NCBI GenBank assembly: GCA_965235115.1
Contig: OZ249440.1
Location: 19,406,001-19,470,000, forward strand
DNA: 64,000 nt
Origin: Laetmonice hystrix
Lineage: Eukaryota
Direction: 5' to 3'
The position numbers and the translations under genes were made by a program. Each line of letters starts with the position of its first letter. Position 1 is the stretch's first letter. Positions 24,101 to 34,557 of this stretch are shown here, piece by piece. The notes beneath the pieces are model-generated. The model was not told where the DNA came from and did no database searches. It was given only the letters and a program-made list of their open reading frames with translations.

Positions 24101-27100
24101 CAATTTTATCATAGAAAATGATAAGTTGACCACGCGACCTACTTGGCATTGTCCTCCCCACGAAGACATTTCTTGGCGTCACTGACGCTGCAGGAGGAGA
24201 ACTCCAGCTTGAATGACCTTCCTGGCAGGGGCACAGACGGACCCATGATGGTCCCACTACTGCCTGAGCAACCGTTCTGTCCGTCATGCCGCATGCCCAG
24301 GCTGACATAAACACATGCATGTATAGATGTCATTGGCGTTATACACTAAAAACGTTAATCATTCCTATACGGTCGAAACGGATGTTGTATTTAAGGGGCA
24401 AGCATCCAAAGCCAACAGTGGGCTCGTATACATTATGTCCAAATGGTAAAGGTTTAAAAAGGCCTACTTGTGTCCGAGTTCGTGGGTGGCCACCCACCAG
24501 GAATCCCAGCCTCTGAATTCAATGACAGAGTGACCACGGTCCGGCAGGCAGATACCCCCCACTGGGGCATACCCTAGGGGACGAAACGGAATTATCTGCT
24601 TTGGGGTGCATAATATATATATCAACCCCCCCCCGAAAATCATTATTTTTTAGTGGAAGTCTTTGAGCGTTAATAATACTGAAGTAATACCGGTAAACCT
24701 TTTTATGTACAACTCACCAAGAACAGCATTTAGAAGATCATACCTGGAAACGATAAATAAAGAAGGAAGGATAAGAAGTAAGCGTTAAACTAAACGTTGT
24801 GTTTGAAATCTTGTGTAATAAACAGTATATTACTCTGATACATCCCTACAAACGTCTTTTAGTGTACAGGAACCTCCGACCGAAGCGACCCCTCCCGGCC
24901 CAGCCACTCTTCACTCACCCCGTCCACACCATGAGATGGTCCGGGTTGTACCAATTGTAACCGTTGCTGGTTTTCCACGTGTTGATCTTCGTCAAGGCGC
25001 TGCGGTGGTCGATGGATTCCCTCTGATTTTTCGGGTTGACCGCCCCGGTTTTGACGTCACTGGTCGGCCTGAAGCCACTTACACTCTGTCAAATTAACGC
25101 CTCAGTGTTCAGCATAAACACCCGGTCTATGCAGTAGATCAAGAGGGCATTTTAAAACTTGGCAGTCGGTTGTGGTATCAGTGACGTATTTGTCATCATC
25201 AGCCGTACATCATCACAATCACCAAACGGACTGATGACGAGGGTGAGTAAATATGTTATAATGAGGTGCCGAAAAGGCATAACCTCACTTACCTAAAGAC
25301 AAATCCATAACAATTATTATCTGTCTTTAAAACCAATGGATTAAAACACTTATTATGACGTTTTAATGAATTCTTGTAAAATTACCTCACTCTGGGGTTT
25401 TAATTACTTACTGTGAAGATCTTGACCTCGTTGACGGCCACGGCCACTGACATGCCTGACTTTGCCAACTTGTCATACACTAGCCCCATCTACAGAATAG
25501 TCGTGGGAGAATACTAAAAGAGATGTGCTTCACAAAAGTAGTCGTAAATAATCTGACCGATTTGCTAATTCCCCCCCCCCCCAAAAAAAAAAAACACCCA
25601 CAAACAATAACCCAATAACATCCAAGTGTAAAGGAAGTTGAATGCAAAAATGTTCTGAAAGACCAATTTGGTCGAGTTTTAAGTCGGGATGCACAAAGGC
25701 CTACCAATACGACCGCGGAGTTGTTTTTATAACCGATAACATGTGGATGTAGTATTTACCCCGTTTAGTTGATGAGCGAAGAATTCCTTGAACTTGTTCA
25801 TATCACTGCCGTGTATTGTCTTCCAACTGTTAGAGGCCGAATGTGAAGTAGTTATCATTAGTAGATTAGTTCAGAGTTGATTCCAGAATGGGTAGGCCTA
25901 ATAATACCCAGAGATGGGCAATAATACCCAGAGATGGGCAATAATACCCAGAGATGGGCAATGATACCCAGAGATGGGCAATGATACCCATATCAAAGAT
26001 TGGTTGGAAATACTACTCTCCACTGGTAACTTGCTACACATGCCGAAAACACTTTCGAAATATCTTAGACAACCCTCATTGAGCTACACCTACATAATAG
26101 TTTAATAACTATACACTTACAAATACAGTTACCGTTTGCAAGTCCCAAGAGCCACACTCAAAAACTCAGTTGCTGACAGTATTCCTTTTTTTACACTTAC
26201 AAGTCGTAAGCGGCCCAGTCAGCCACCCACAGCATCTCGACCACGTACGGGCCAGAGCCTCGCTTTGACCTGCCTTCGTCACGGACGCTGGCGTTCTGAC
26301 CTTCGACGGTCACAGGATGGATTTCTTCGTAGTCGATTTGTCTGTCTGCAGGTAGGTAAAGTTGTCATTTTGTTACGGTATAATGTCCTACATGACAGCC
26401 CATTGGTAACAGCAGTTTCGTTCAATTTGATTGACTCCTCTTGATTTTGATAAGTTTATAAATATGAACTGCTGGCAGTCTCGCCAACCTACTCATATGG
26501 AAGAAATCTTTAAGTTCTCGGACTACGTGGGTCTGCTCCTTTCTCGATTCCTTGGAAGAACTGCGCAAGGACTCGTCGTCTTCTGGTGGCCTTTTCTCTG
26601 GGACTAACGCTAGATGGCGCTTGGCCCCAACCTTCAACCCCTCTCCTGAAGGCTGTATCTCAAACATCCGACCGTCCATCATGAAACTTCCGCGCTGAGA
26701 CAGGAGGTATTAATTATAGAAAACTTAAGATGTTGAATTTTGTCGGAGGCGGAGGGGCCATGTCTATTACCATTGAACAAAAAGCTGAGCAAGATCGCAT
26801 TGTAGGCCTGTCCTATGTAAAAAGGACAAAGGAAATCAGATCAAATGTCTGATGTTGAAAACCTACCATAACTCGATGATGAGAATCACCAATTTTGTTC
26901 TGGCTCACTGTCATGACGGCGTGGTTCTCAAGGTCACGGTAAAATCGCACGTTCTGAAATAAAGAAATGATACAATATTATGCGTGGTTTTGTCTTTACT
27001 ATAAACTTATTTCACAATAATTAGGCCTATTCTTTAAGGAGTAGGATTGAGAATTGTTCACCAAAATGCAGCGAATTTTGTTGTAGACGTCTGTGACGCT

Positions 27101-27775
27101 ACTATAGATATGTTTTTTACAGTCTTTGGCGACCAAGGTGCTACCCCAGAGGTATTTGTCAACACGTTTTTATAGACCTCAACTTACATACCTTCTTGAT
27201 GAAGACATGACATGGATTGGAATTCCACAGATTAATTATGCTTTTATGTGCATGCAGTGCGCATGAATGTGCTTTGTGTGCTTCCACTGCATGCAATAAA
27301 TAGAAGCCTATTGACCTTTTTACAAAATGCCACTCACGCCGAAAGTGTTGGGTTGAGGAACTCCATCGATTGTGAAGGGCATGTGCTCCACCTCCTCATT
27401 CCTGCGTAGTCTCAGGTTTGGGAAGCTGACGTCACGACGGGAGGATGTGTGCTCGAGCGTGACCTCAAGGAGGTCAGGAAGGTCGGCATGGTTGACCTCA
27501 CTCTCTGAGTTTACATCCCGAACGTGAACCTCCGCCTCGGAGAGGTCTGAAAAGAATATCAGTACATTGTATATGGAATTATTCTATAGTTGTCGGCAGT
27601 GCTGACCTACGTCCGTCCGTATTGTTTCACTATAGGCCTACATGTACTTTATAAAACACAATTCATGCCAACGTTTGTAAGCAAACTAAGTTATACGAGT
27701 ATAATACTTAGGCCTACTCTCTGCCTTGGTCCCTGCAATTACAAGAATTAGCAAGAGAATAGCTTGCCCCGTCAT
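21142..27775 (-). CDS. ADAMTS-like M12B metalloprotease, copy B; ~595 aa; same architecture as copy A
   Basis: 16 exons with the same phases as copy A: 27775-27718, 27546-27338, 26953-26867, 26694-26493, 26345-26201, 25826-25760, 25489-25412, 25085-24919, 24743-24718, 24573-24468, 24301-24143, 23877-23739, 23067-22942, 22079-22043, 21808-21755, 21269-21142. SP MTGQAILLLILVIAGTKA, RSKR/GSG, THELGHNLGMRHD, TIM, LPGEGLSLDYQC, VDGTPCG, WCIEGSCV, terminal CKDD..NWKKICCRTCASFGFK*. Confidence 0.9.
22381..22925. repeat. 38-bp minisatellite, ~14 copies, intron 13 of copy B
   Basis: Unit gggaccacaaacacgggatcatgtagcagacctccgtg; explains ORFs 22438-23107 in the track. Confidence 0.92.
23265..23538. mobile_element. 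MITE with imperfect TIRs and TTA target duplication (PIF/Harbinger-like)
   Basis: tta|agccaagtttccat ... atggaacccggct|tta; internal 13-bp tandem tttccgttagccg x~6. A 3-bp TWA TSD is characteristic of PIF/Harbinger. Confidence 0.65.
25901..25990. repeat. 20-bp tandem repeat x4.5
   Basis: at(a/g)atacccagagatgggca units in intron 5 of copy B. Confidence 0.85.
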
Positions 27776-28169
27776 ATTGGCAGCATTAGTCCAAACTAAT
27801 TGATGGCACAAAAAATCTTCCAGCCTTTTTATAGGTCCCCATAATTCTAAAGCCGTTTTGCAAGAACCGTTTTGCAAGTAAGATTAAAAACATCACAAAT
27901 ACTTATTAGAGTGATGATCAACACATTTGTTTATGTTGGCACAGGTGACTCCAACACATAGCTACACGTATTTCCGCCTGTATAATAGGCGTAATGTTGA
28001 CATTGAACTATGGGTTCCCGTGTTCGCTACATGATCGGGGTAATAATAACATTTTTTACATGTATCCACGTCATACACATTTCACACGAGGTAGGAATTA
28101 TTGGTGCTCAAAAGATCATTTTTATTGTTAAAATTTTATTGGGCAGAACTATAAATATCATGCCTGACC

Positions 28170-28387
28170 ATGACTTCATTCCGAATATATCGGGTGGGCC
28201 TAAAAATTTTGGATCTTTTCTTGAGTGTAACTTCTATAATCTTTACCCCAATGTTATAATGTTTGGAAGATGATATCATCTGGTTAATTAGGGCATGTGG
28301 TACAAATTTCAGATAAATAGGTCAAAATGTCTAAAAAATAGGGCCATTTTAAAAACTGCATGTCAAAAATTACAATGCCGGACCAGG
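28170..28387. repeat. Left arm of a degenerate ~220-bp inverted repeat (partner 34321-34557)
   Basis: Its reverse complement (cctggtccggcattgtaatttttgacatg...aaccagatgatatcat...ggcccacccgatata...gaagtcat) aligns with 34321-34557. Confidence 0.7.
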
Positions 28388-29568
28388 CGTCCTCGGCACA
28401 GTTGGTCCCGGAGTGTTTGGAACACTCTTTACTTGACTATATAGCTTCTACAATTTTCATAGTTTGTCACTGATATTTACGGCATCGTGTTATATGGTTA
28501 GACTCTAATAGCATTTTGTGGTGGAAATTTTAGGCAGATAGGCCAAAACCTCTTTATGTGGAAACAAATCAAACATCACATGACGATGTCGAAAAATGCA
28601 ATGCCAGAGAGCCATATGTGTCACCTACCTATTTCAGTTGACATGAAAAGGTGATCGATGTGACCCCCATCCTGTTTACTGTTCACACACAGCCCTTAGT
28701 CTCTTTTTGAATATCCCGGATGACTTCCTGACATCTTCTAGAGTACTATAATTCCCTCCCACCTTTCCCGAATTTTCTCCTTTAGTTCGTTTTCGGCGAA
28801 TTTTTGTTTGTGACCTTTATAGACTTTTTCAGACAGGGAATCCCATATGGTTTAATCCATGGGGTTTAAGTTGGGACTGGCCACCAGTTTTTGGCAGGGG
28901 GCATTTCATACATTTGACGTCACGTCATTCAGACACAGTGGCAACAACCGTGCCTTAATTGGGACACACACCAAGAAAACTGGGTCATTCAACGCGACGG
29001 GACTCAGCCTCAGTTTCCCGCTTAAAAGACGCGCGCCTTCACACTAATGACGATGGAGACCCGAAGTACCTTGGACAAAATGTTTTATTACAGACGACTA
29101 ACATTGAGTGACTGTAGACATAGGAGATAATACGGGTAACAAAACATTTTACGTGTAGAAGACAAGGAGTGACCAATTGTCAAATTGTGAAGTTCATATG
29201 TCCCGGATTAATTGTATTGGCCTGGCTTGTGTAACTGTTAGAAAAAGAGGAGTGGGTGGGTGGGAAGCCGTAATACCCTGTTTGTGGTAGTGAGAGTAAT
29301 GGCGAAGTGGGCGAGTTACTGGAGGAGCGGGAATTAACCGGAAGTGACGGAGGGGAGCGGGTTCAGGTCTCACAGCGTCATTACTCGCAATGTTACCATT
29401 ACGCACAATGACGATGGAGACCCGAAGTACCTTGGACAAAATGTTTTATTACAGACGACTAACATTGAGTGACTGTAGACATAGGAGATAATACGGGTAA
29501 CAAAACATTTTACGTGTAGAAGACAAGGAGTGACCAATTGTCAAATTGTGAAGTTCATATGTCCCGGA

Positions 29569-30501
29569 TTAATTGTATTGGCCAAACAGAGAGGTGAAGG
29601 CGGTAGGGACGGGGGTGTAGAGTTTCTTAGGGACATATGAGGTGATAGCTGATGAGGACCAGGTGCCGTGTTTCATGATGTCTTGTTGACTAACGCCCAG
29701 GCGAGCACACGCCTGCGCGCCCGTCCTCCTCAGTGAGTGGACCGTGACCTGTCTGGCCAGCGGGTGTCCCAGCATGTAGAGCGCCGTGCGCATATGGCTG
29801 ATGAGCCTCTCCGGCGAGAGAGGGGTTTTCCTGTCAATCATGAAGGCGGGGGCGGAGCCTGGTAGTGGTAGCCAGGCAACGTAATCGCGCCAGGCCGTGA
29901 CGGGGCAGTAGCGGGACCCCATATATGGGATGGGCAGGGCCACCCGGTCCCGCTGGTTGACGATGGTCTTACTGGAGTTAATACAAAGCCAGATGGTATG
30001 ACCCGTGTCCTCCATGTCCGCCCGTCTCAGAGTATGAACCCCGGGTCCGGCCGATGTAGGCAGTAGGTTTGATTGTCTCAGCATGGAGCAGACACCAATT
30101 AGCAGAGCTGTTCTGGCCACTTGTGCTGACGGGCCTAGGGTCTCCAGAACGTCACACATGTTCTTTATATCACCCGGAGTTAGGACAGGTGCCTGATGTG
30201 GTGTATGATTTGAGAGGCGAGTGATACCTCTAATCATATTGGAGAGTTGCGAGGCGGAAAAATTGACAGTATTTCCACCTATATTGGTGACGTAGGACTT
30301 CGCTCCAGAGAGATAGTTTCTGACAGTTGTTACACTTTGAAAGCTATTGGCCAAAACTTGGATGTAGAGAAGTAGGTCAAGGAGGGCTGGAGATGCAGGA
30401 TCGAACTTGTAGGCGGTCATGAAGAGGAGGTAGACGTGGGCCTGTCTCAGGTGATTGGCTGCCGTTCCTGAGGTGACAGCAGCTTTGTAGGAACGGGACA
30501 T
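29569..30501 (-). CDS. Tyrosine recombinase (ORF3), 310 aa
   Basis: Catalytic set recognisable: R (SMLRQSNL), HSLRR, HGTWSS, and Y (AITSYV). The stop codon lies inside repeat B1. Confidence 0.92.
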   Translation of the reverse strand: MSRSYKAAVTSGTAANHLRQAHVYLLFMTAYKFDPASPALLDLLLYIQVLANSFQSVTTVRNYLSGAKSYVTNIGGNTVNFSASQLSNMIRGITRLSNHTPHQAPVLTPGDIKNMCDVLETLGPSAQVARTALLIGVCSMLRQSNLLPTSAGPGVHTLRRADMEDTGHTIWLCINSSKTIVNQRDRVALPIPYMGSRYCPVTAWRDYVAWLPLPGSAPAFMIDRKTPLSPERLISHMRTALYMLGHPLARQVTVHSLRRTGAQACARLGVSQQDIMKHGTWSSSAITSYVPKKLYTPVPTAFTSLFGQYN

Positions 30502-30549
30502 CTGGTGGTAGACCGTCGTCCCTACGATGTCTGGAAGAACGGCATATTT

Positions 30550-32991
30550 TTAGAGGCGATCGGAGAGAAGACATGTCAGTTGGCAAGGCTTAGCACGAAC
30601 TAGGGCTTTCTGTGACACGAGGTGGGCGGCTAAGGCGTCATGGCGGGGGCTTGTGTGCCGCCGGCTGAGCGCATCAGCGAGAACCAGGGAGGCACCAGGG
30701 GTGTGGACGAGGTGAATTTCGAGTTGTTGGGTGGCGGCAATGAGCCACAACTCGCGGGCGCAAGCCAAAAGAGTTGGATTGTGGGATCTGCCGGAGTTGA
30801 GGGAATACATGGAAGAGATGTTGTCTGTGTGAATCTCTACACGATGGGCTGTGAGATCCTTGGGGATGAGGGTTTTGGCCGACATGACGGCATTGATAGC
30901 CTCGAGTTCAGTGATGTGATAGTTGTCAGTGTAGTGAGAAGGAAAACGGAAGTCATAGAACTGGGACTCAGAAAATGCTCCAGCTCCAGTGGGGCAAGCG
31001 TCACACTCGATGTGAAAGTTGGGAAGAGAGAGAGGGATGAGGCGTTTTCGGTTACAGACCTGGGCGAAGGTGACAAACCAGGCTACGTCCTTTCTGACTT
31101 CAGGGGGGATGGGAGTGAAACCAGAGAGGGGTGCTGCGCGGAGGGAAGCCAGGATCCTACCCATGAATTTACGGGCAGGGGCTATGACCTGGCTGATATG
31201 GTTTAGTTTTCCGGCCAGAGATTGGTACTCCTGCCTAGTGGCACGGGCCTTACGGAGCCAGCGTTGAGCCTCTTGTATCAGCTCAGCGAGCTTGGACTCA
31301 GGGATGGTAATAGTCATAGCTACGGTATCGAAGGCGAAACCGAGCCACTGCATGGTAGTGGACGGGAAGGTGGTTTTACCAGGGGACAACTGGAGACCCA
31401 ATCTTTCACAAATACCTTCAAAGGCAGCCAGGCCGGTGACTGCGCGGCGGCAGTCAGGAGCGACACCAGCGTAATCGTCTATGTAAGCGAGTATCACCTC
31501 GCCCTGTTGTTGCATAATATGGACAACAGCGTTACTGACCCTCTGCTGGGCGGCCGCCGAACAGCGGCAACCAAATGAGGGGCATATGTCAACATAGATT
31601 TCCCCCTCGTGCTGCATGGCCAGCAGGGGGTAATCAAGGGGGTCAACCCGGAGCTGTCGGTAGGCCCGCTCGAGGTCACTCTTCCATAGATAGCAGCCAG
31701 GGCCATGGAGGGTAATGAGGGCAGCGAGGTCTAATGGGGTGGGAAGAGAGTAAGACTGGGGGTTTCCTTGGAAGTTATTCTTTGTAATTCCACTGTTGAC
31801 ACTGGAGCCGCGAGGATAGCTAAGGTCAACAATGACCCGTTTACCCCGTACCAGGCCGTTGTCAGCTTTCTTGTCCCGGGTCATAAGAGGGGAGACCTGG
31901 CACCAGTCGTCAAAAGGGGGGTCGACGAAAGGGCCTATTAGGGCGTGTTTTGACAATTCCTTGTCGATAAACCTGCATATGGCGTCGGGGTGTCTGAGGG
32001 CGCTTGGGTGGTTTTTGAAGGATGGGGTGGGGGGACTGGGGGCCGTGTAGGAAGATGGCCAGCCAAATCTGAGATAGTCAGTTATTTCAGAATCGTAGTA
32101 ACCAGAGAGGAGGTCCTCCCATGCACTAATATGCAACTGAGAGGGTACCTGGCGCCTAACTTTGAGGTAATTAGGGAGACCCGACCGTTTGACGTCATAG
32201 TAAAGGCTCATATGGTAAGGGGCTTTACTCATAGCCTCTGGTGTGGGGTCCGGCCAGAATCGATGTATATAGGGTTTGTAGTCAAAGGGAGACATGTAGC
32301 AGTCAGTGGAGGGAGATGGGCTCTCAAGGGACGGGGGCGTGGCAGAGAGTGCAGCGTCATCAGGGAGGGTCGCGGTGGCTGTGTGGTCGGAGAGAGGTAC
32401 AGTGTCAGTGTCATCCCAGGGGTATACAGTGTCGGTGCCATCAGAGGGAGGTACAGTGTCAGTGTCATCAGAGGGGTAGACAGTGTCGGTGTCATAAGAG
32501 AGAGGTACAGTGCCAGTGTCACCAGAGGGGTAGACAGTGTCGGGGCCATCAGAGAGACATGCAGTGTCATCGTCACCAGTGAGGGCGGCAGTGTCAGTGA
32601 GGGCCGCAGTGTCAGCGTCGGCCGTGAGGGTTGCAGTGTCAGTGTTGTCAGTGAGGGTAACAGTGCTGGTGTTGGCATACACATGGGTAGGTCGGGCATG
32701 GTCAGAGGAAACTGCCGGGCCAGCACAGTAATTAACGGCAGCTGTGGGAGACACAGGGTGGTCGGCAGGGTGGGGGAGGGGTGGGCGGTCGCAATTAGGA
32801 ACTGCAGTCGACGGGTTTAATTCCCAAACCCCGACGGCTGGACAGCGCCCGCCCCAGCAGCGGACTGATAGGCCTTGGACCGACAGTCCTTCTTCATGTG
32901 GGGAAGGAAGGCACATTTCATGCTTAGACAGTGGTCGCAGATGTGGAGCTGGCGGTAGCCGTTCTTGACATGGTGGGACGGGAGAGGACAT
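30550..32991 (-). CDS. Reverse transcriptase-RNase H (ORF2), 813 aa, with acidic N-terminal tandem repeat
   Basis: RT motifs WKSDLERAYRQL, FGCRCSAAAQQR, AYIDDY, WLG; RNase H motifs ECDAC, HITELEA, HTDN, ADALSR. Confidence 0.93.
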   Translation of the reverse strand: MSSPVPPCQERLPPAPHLRPLSKHEMCLPSPHEEGLSVQGLSVRCWGGRCPAVGVWELNPSTAVPNCDRPPLPHPADHPVSPTAAVNYCAGPAVSSDHARPTHVYANTSTVTLTDNTDTATLTADADTAALTDTAALTGDDDTACLSDGPDTVYPSGDTGTVPLSYDTDTVYPSDDTDTVPPSDGTDTVYPWDDTDTVPLSDHTATATLPDDAALSATPPSLESPSPSTDCYMSPFDYKPYIHRFWPDPTPEAMSKAPYHMSLYYDVKRSGLPNYLKVRRQVPSQLHISAWEDLLSGYYDSEITDYLRFGWPSSYTAPSPPTPSFKNHPSALRHPDAICRFIDKELSKHALIGPFVDPPFDDWCQVSPLMTRDKKADNGLVRGKRVIVDLSYPRGSSVNSGITKNNFQGNPQSYSLPTPLDLAALITLHGPGCYLWKSDLERAYRQLRVDPLDYPLLAMQHEGEIYVDICPSFGCRCSAAAQQRVSNAVVHIMQQQGEVILAYIDDYAGVAPDCRRAVTGLAAFEGICERLGLQLSPGKTTFPSTTMQWLGFAFDTVAMTITIPESKLAELIQEAQRWLRKARATRQEYQSLAGKLNHISQVIAPARKFMGRILASLRAAPLSGFTPIPPEVRKDVAWFVTFAQVCNRKRLIPLSLPNFHIECDACPTGAGAFSESQFYDFRFPSHYTDNYHITELEAINAVMSAKTLIPKDLTAHRVEIHTDNISSMYSLNSGRSHNPTLLACARELWLIAATQQLEIHLVHTPGASLVLADALSRRHTSPRHDALAAHLVSQKALVRAKPCQLTCLLSDRL

Positions 32992-34025
32992 GTCCCGTTC
33001 TGATAGGGCCTACAGGGCGGGGCCATTCTGGCCGAAAGGACAGCAGCGGGGATGTCAGCCAAGACACCAACATTTCTGACTTCATTTGATTCAGGGCGGT
33101 GGGTATTGGGAAGGCTGCCCGTGTGGGAGATACGTGTCTGGAGGCGATCAATTTGATAGTGATCGGCCCAGGAGAGGGTGCCATCCGCGACTTTGGCGCA
33201 CACCTCCTCAGACCACGCACGGACCGACTCCCAGGGATAACTGCGGGAGTCATCAATAACCTGCTCCAGATGGGCGTTCATGGCCCGCCACGTGGCCCGA
33301 GTGGCAACCGTCTTCATGAGCTGTATGAAGCCAAATAGATATTCGGGAAAAGTGCACTCCCCCATGGATGGTGTGGTCCTCCTAGCCCCCCGTGTCACAA
33401 AAAAGCATGGTTGGCCCCGTTCGTGCTTACCTTTCGCCGTTGACGTCGTCATTGGAGCGACGGCCGAGTGGATGGCGTCGGCCACGGCGCGGGCAAGGGG
33501 TCGGTCGGCCTCAAGTTGGGAGACGGTGGTCGGGGGGTCCCAGGCATCAACATCATCAGATAGCAGGCCTCCATGGGATGGTGCTCTTTCCACGCTGGGC
33601 CCACGGGCCGTGGCCCCCTGTCCATAGTTAGGAGCTCTCTCAACGCTGGGCCCACGGGTAGCGGCCGTTGGGCCGTACTTAGGAGCTTGGGTCGCCCTGG
33701 AGTGGCGGAGGTCGGGGCTGGATGGAGCCGTAGACGGCGTGGCTTCTTGTCCATCTGAGGAGCTGGAGTGGGCGCTCCGGGACGCTCTCCGCGGGATCTG
33801 GTCAGTGGGTCCCGGTTGCTGTGTCTGCACCTCCAGTTTTTCCGTAATGTCAGAAAGCATCTCGGTGATTCCTGAGAGCCTGGAGTCCAGGGCAGAAATG
33901 GCCTCAGCATTGGAGGCAACTGTCTGCTTTCGCGGCTTGTTGGATGCCGCGACCGGAGAAAATAGCACGTGGCATGACTCCGGGGTGGCTGGGCTTTGTC
34001 TGCTGGCCTTCCTGTTCCTCCCCAT
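32817..34025 (-). CDS. Gag-like ORF1, 402 aa
   Basis: First ORF after A1. It has a helical core (EYLFGF..SYPWESVRAWSEEV) and a C-terminal Cys/His cluster (CRPYQNGTCPLPSHH..HICDHC..H..DC), and overlaps ORF2 by 175 nt. Confidence 0.8.
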   Translation of the reverse strand: MGRNRKASRQSPATPESCHVLFSPVAASNKPRKQTVASNAEAISALDSRLSGITEMLSDITEKLEVQTQQPGPTDQIPRRASRSAHSSSSDGQEATPSTAPSSPDLRHSRATQAPKYGPTAATRGPSVERAPNYGQGATARGPSVERAPSHGGLLSDDVDAWDPPTTVSQLEADRPLARAVADAIHSAVAPMTTSTAKGKHERGQPCFFVTRGARRTTPSMGECTFPEYLFGFIQLMKTVATRATWRAMNAHLEQVIDDSRSYPWESVRAWSEEVCAKVADGTLSWADHYQIDRLQTRISHTGSLPNTHRPESNEVRNVGVLADIPAAVLSARMAPPCRPYQNGTCPLPSHHVKNGYRQLHICDHCLSMKCAFLPHMKKDCRSKAYQSAAGAGAVQPSGFGN

Positions 34026-34320
34026 TTTTCAGAGTTAGATTAATAATCCTCGTGTAATAATCCTCGTGAAATAAAGTGTATACTTCGTCAGGTAGCAAGG
34101 CACGAGTCCGATGGGGGACGATGTGGCGGCAGATGGCAGTAGATATGGCAGATAACAGACAGTGAAACTGGGAAGCCGTAATACCCTGTTTGTGGTAGTG
34201 AGAGTAATGGCGAAGTGGGCGAGTTACTGGAGGAGCGGGAATTAACCGGAAGTGACGGAGGGGAGCGGGTTCAGGTCTCACAGCGTCATTACTCGCAATG
34301 TTACCATTACGCACAATGAC

Positions 34321-34557
34321 CCTGGTCCGGCATTGCAATTTTTGACACGAATTTTTAGAAATGGCCCTATTTGTAGACGTTTTGACCTATTTATCTCAGA
34401 TTTGTACCACCGACCCCAAATAACCAGATGATATCATGTTCCAAATATTATGACATTGGGGTAAAAATTATAGACGTTACAGTCAAGAAAAGAGTGTTCC
34501 AAAGTTTTTTGGCCCACCTGATATATACTGGAGTTGTATTTTAAATAAGGAAGTCAT
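34321..34557. repeat. Right arm of the degenerate inverted repeat, abutting the element's A1 end
   Basis: Starts immediately after the AATGAC core; inverted partner at 28170-28387. Confidence 0.7.

Larger units (their letters stand above)
29046..34320 (-). mobile_element. Full-length Ngaro-type (DIRS order) tyrosine-recombinase retrotransposon, 5275 bp
   Basis: Split direct repeats in the order A1(34320-34169)-ORF1-ORF2-ORF3-B1(29583-29407)-A2(29412-29261)-38-bp spacer-B2(29222-29046). A1=A2 (152 bp) and B1=B2 (177 bp) with no mismatch seen. Three intact ORFs, no methyltransferase domain, no TSD. Confidence 0.93.

Noticed and set aside
32817-32991. Programmed -1 frameshift between ORF1 and ORF2 of the Ngaro element
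   Set aside because: ORF2 is in the -1 frame, but I found no correctly phased X XXY YYZ heptamer in the overlap, and ORF2 has its own ATG.
30640-33758. Long + strand ORFs over the retroelement (for example 31990-32820, 30640-31206)
   Set aside because: Antisense shadows of GC-rich coding sequence and of the 27-bp repeat; no motifs.
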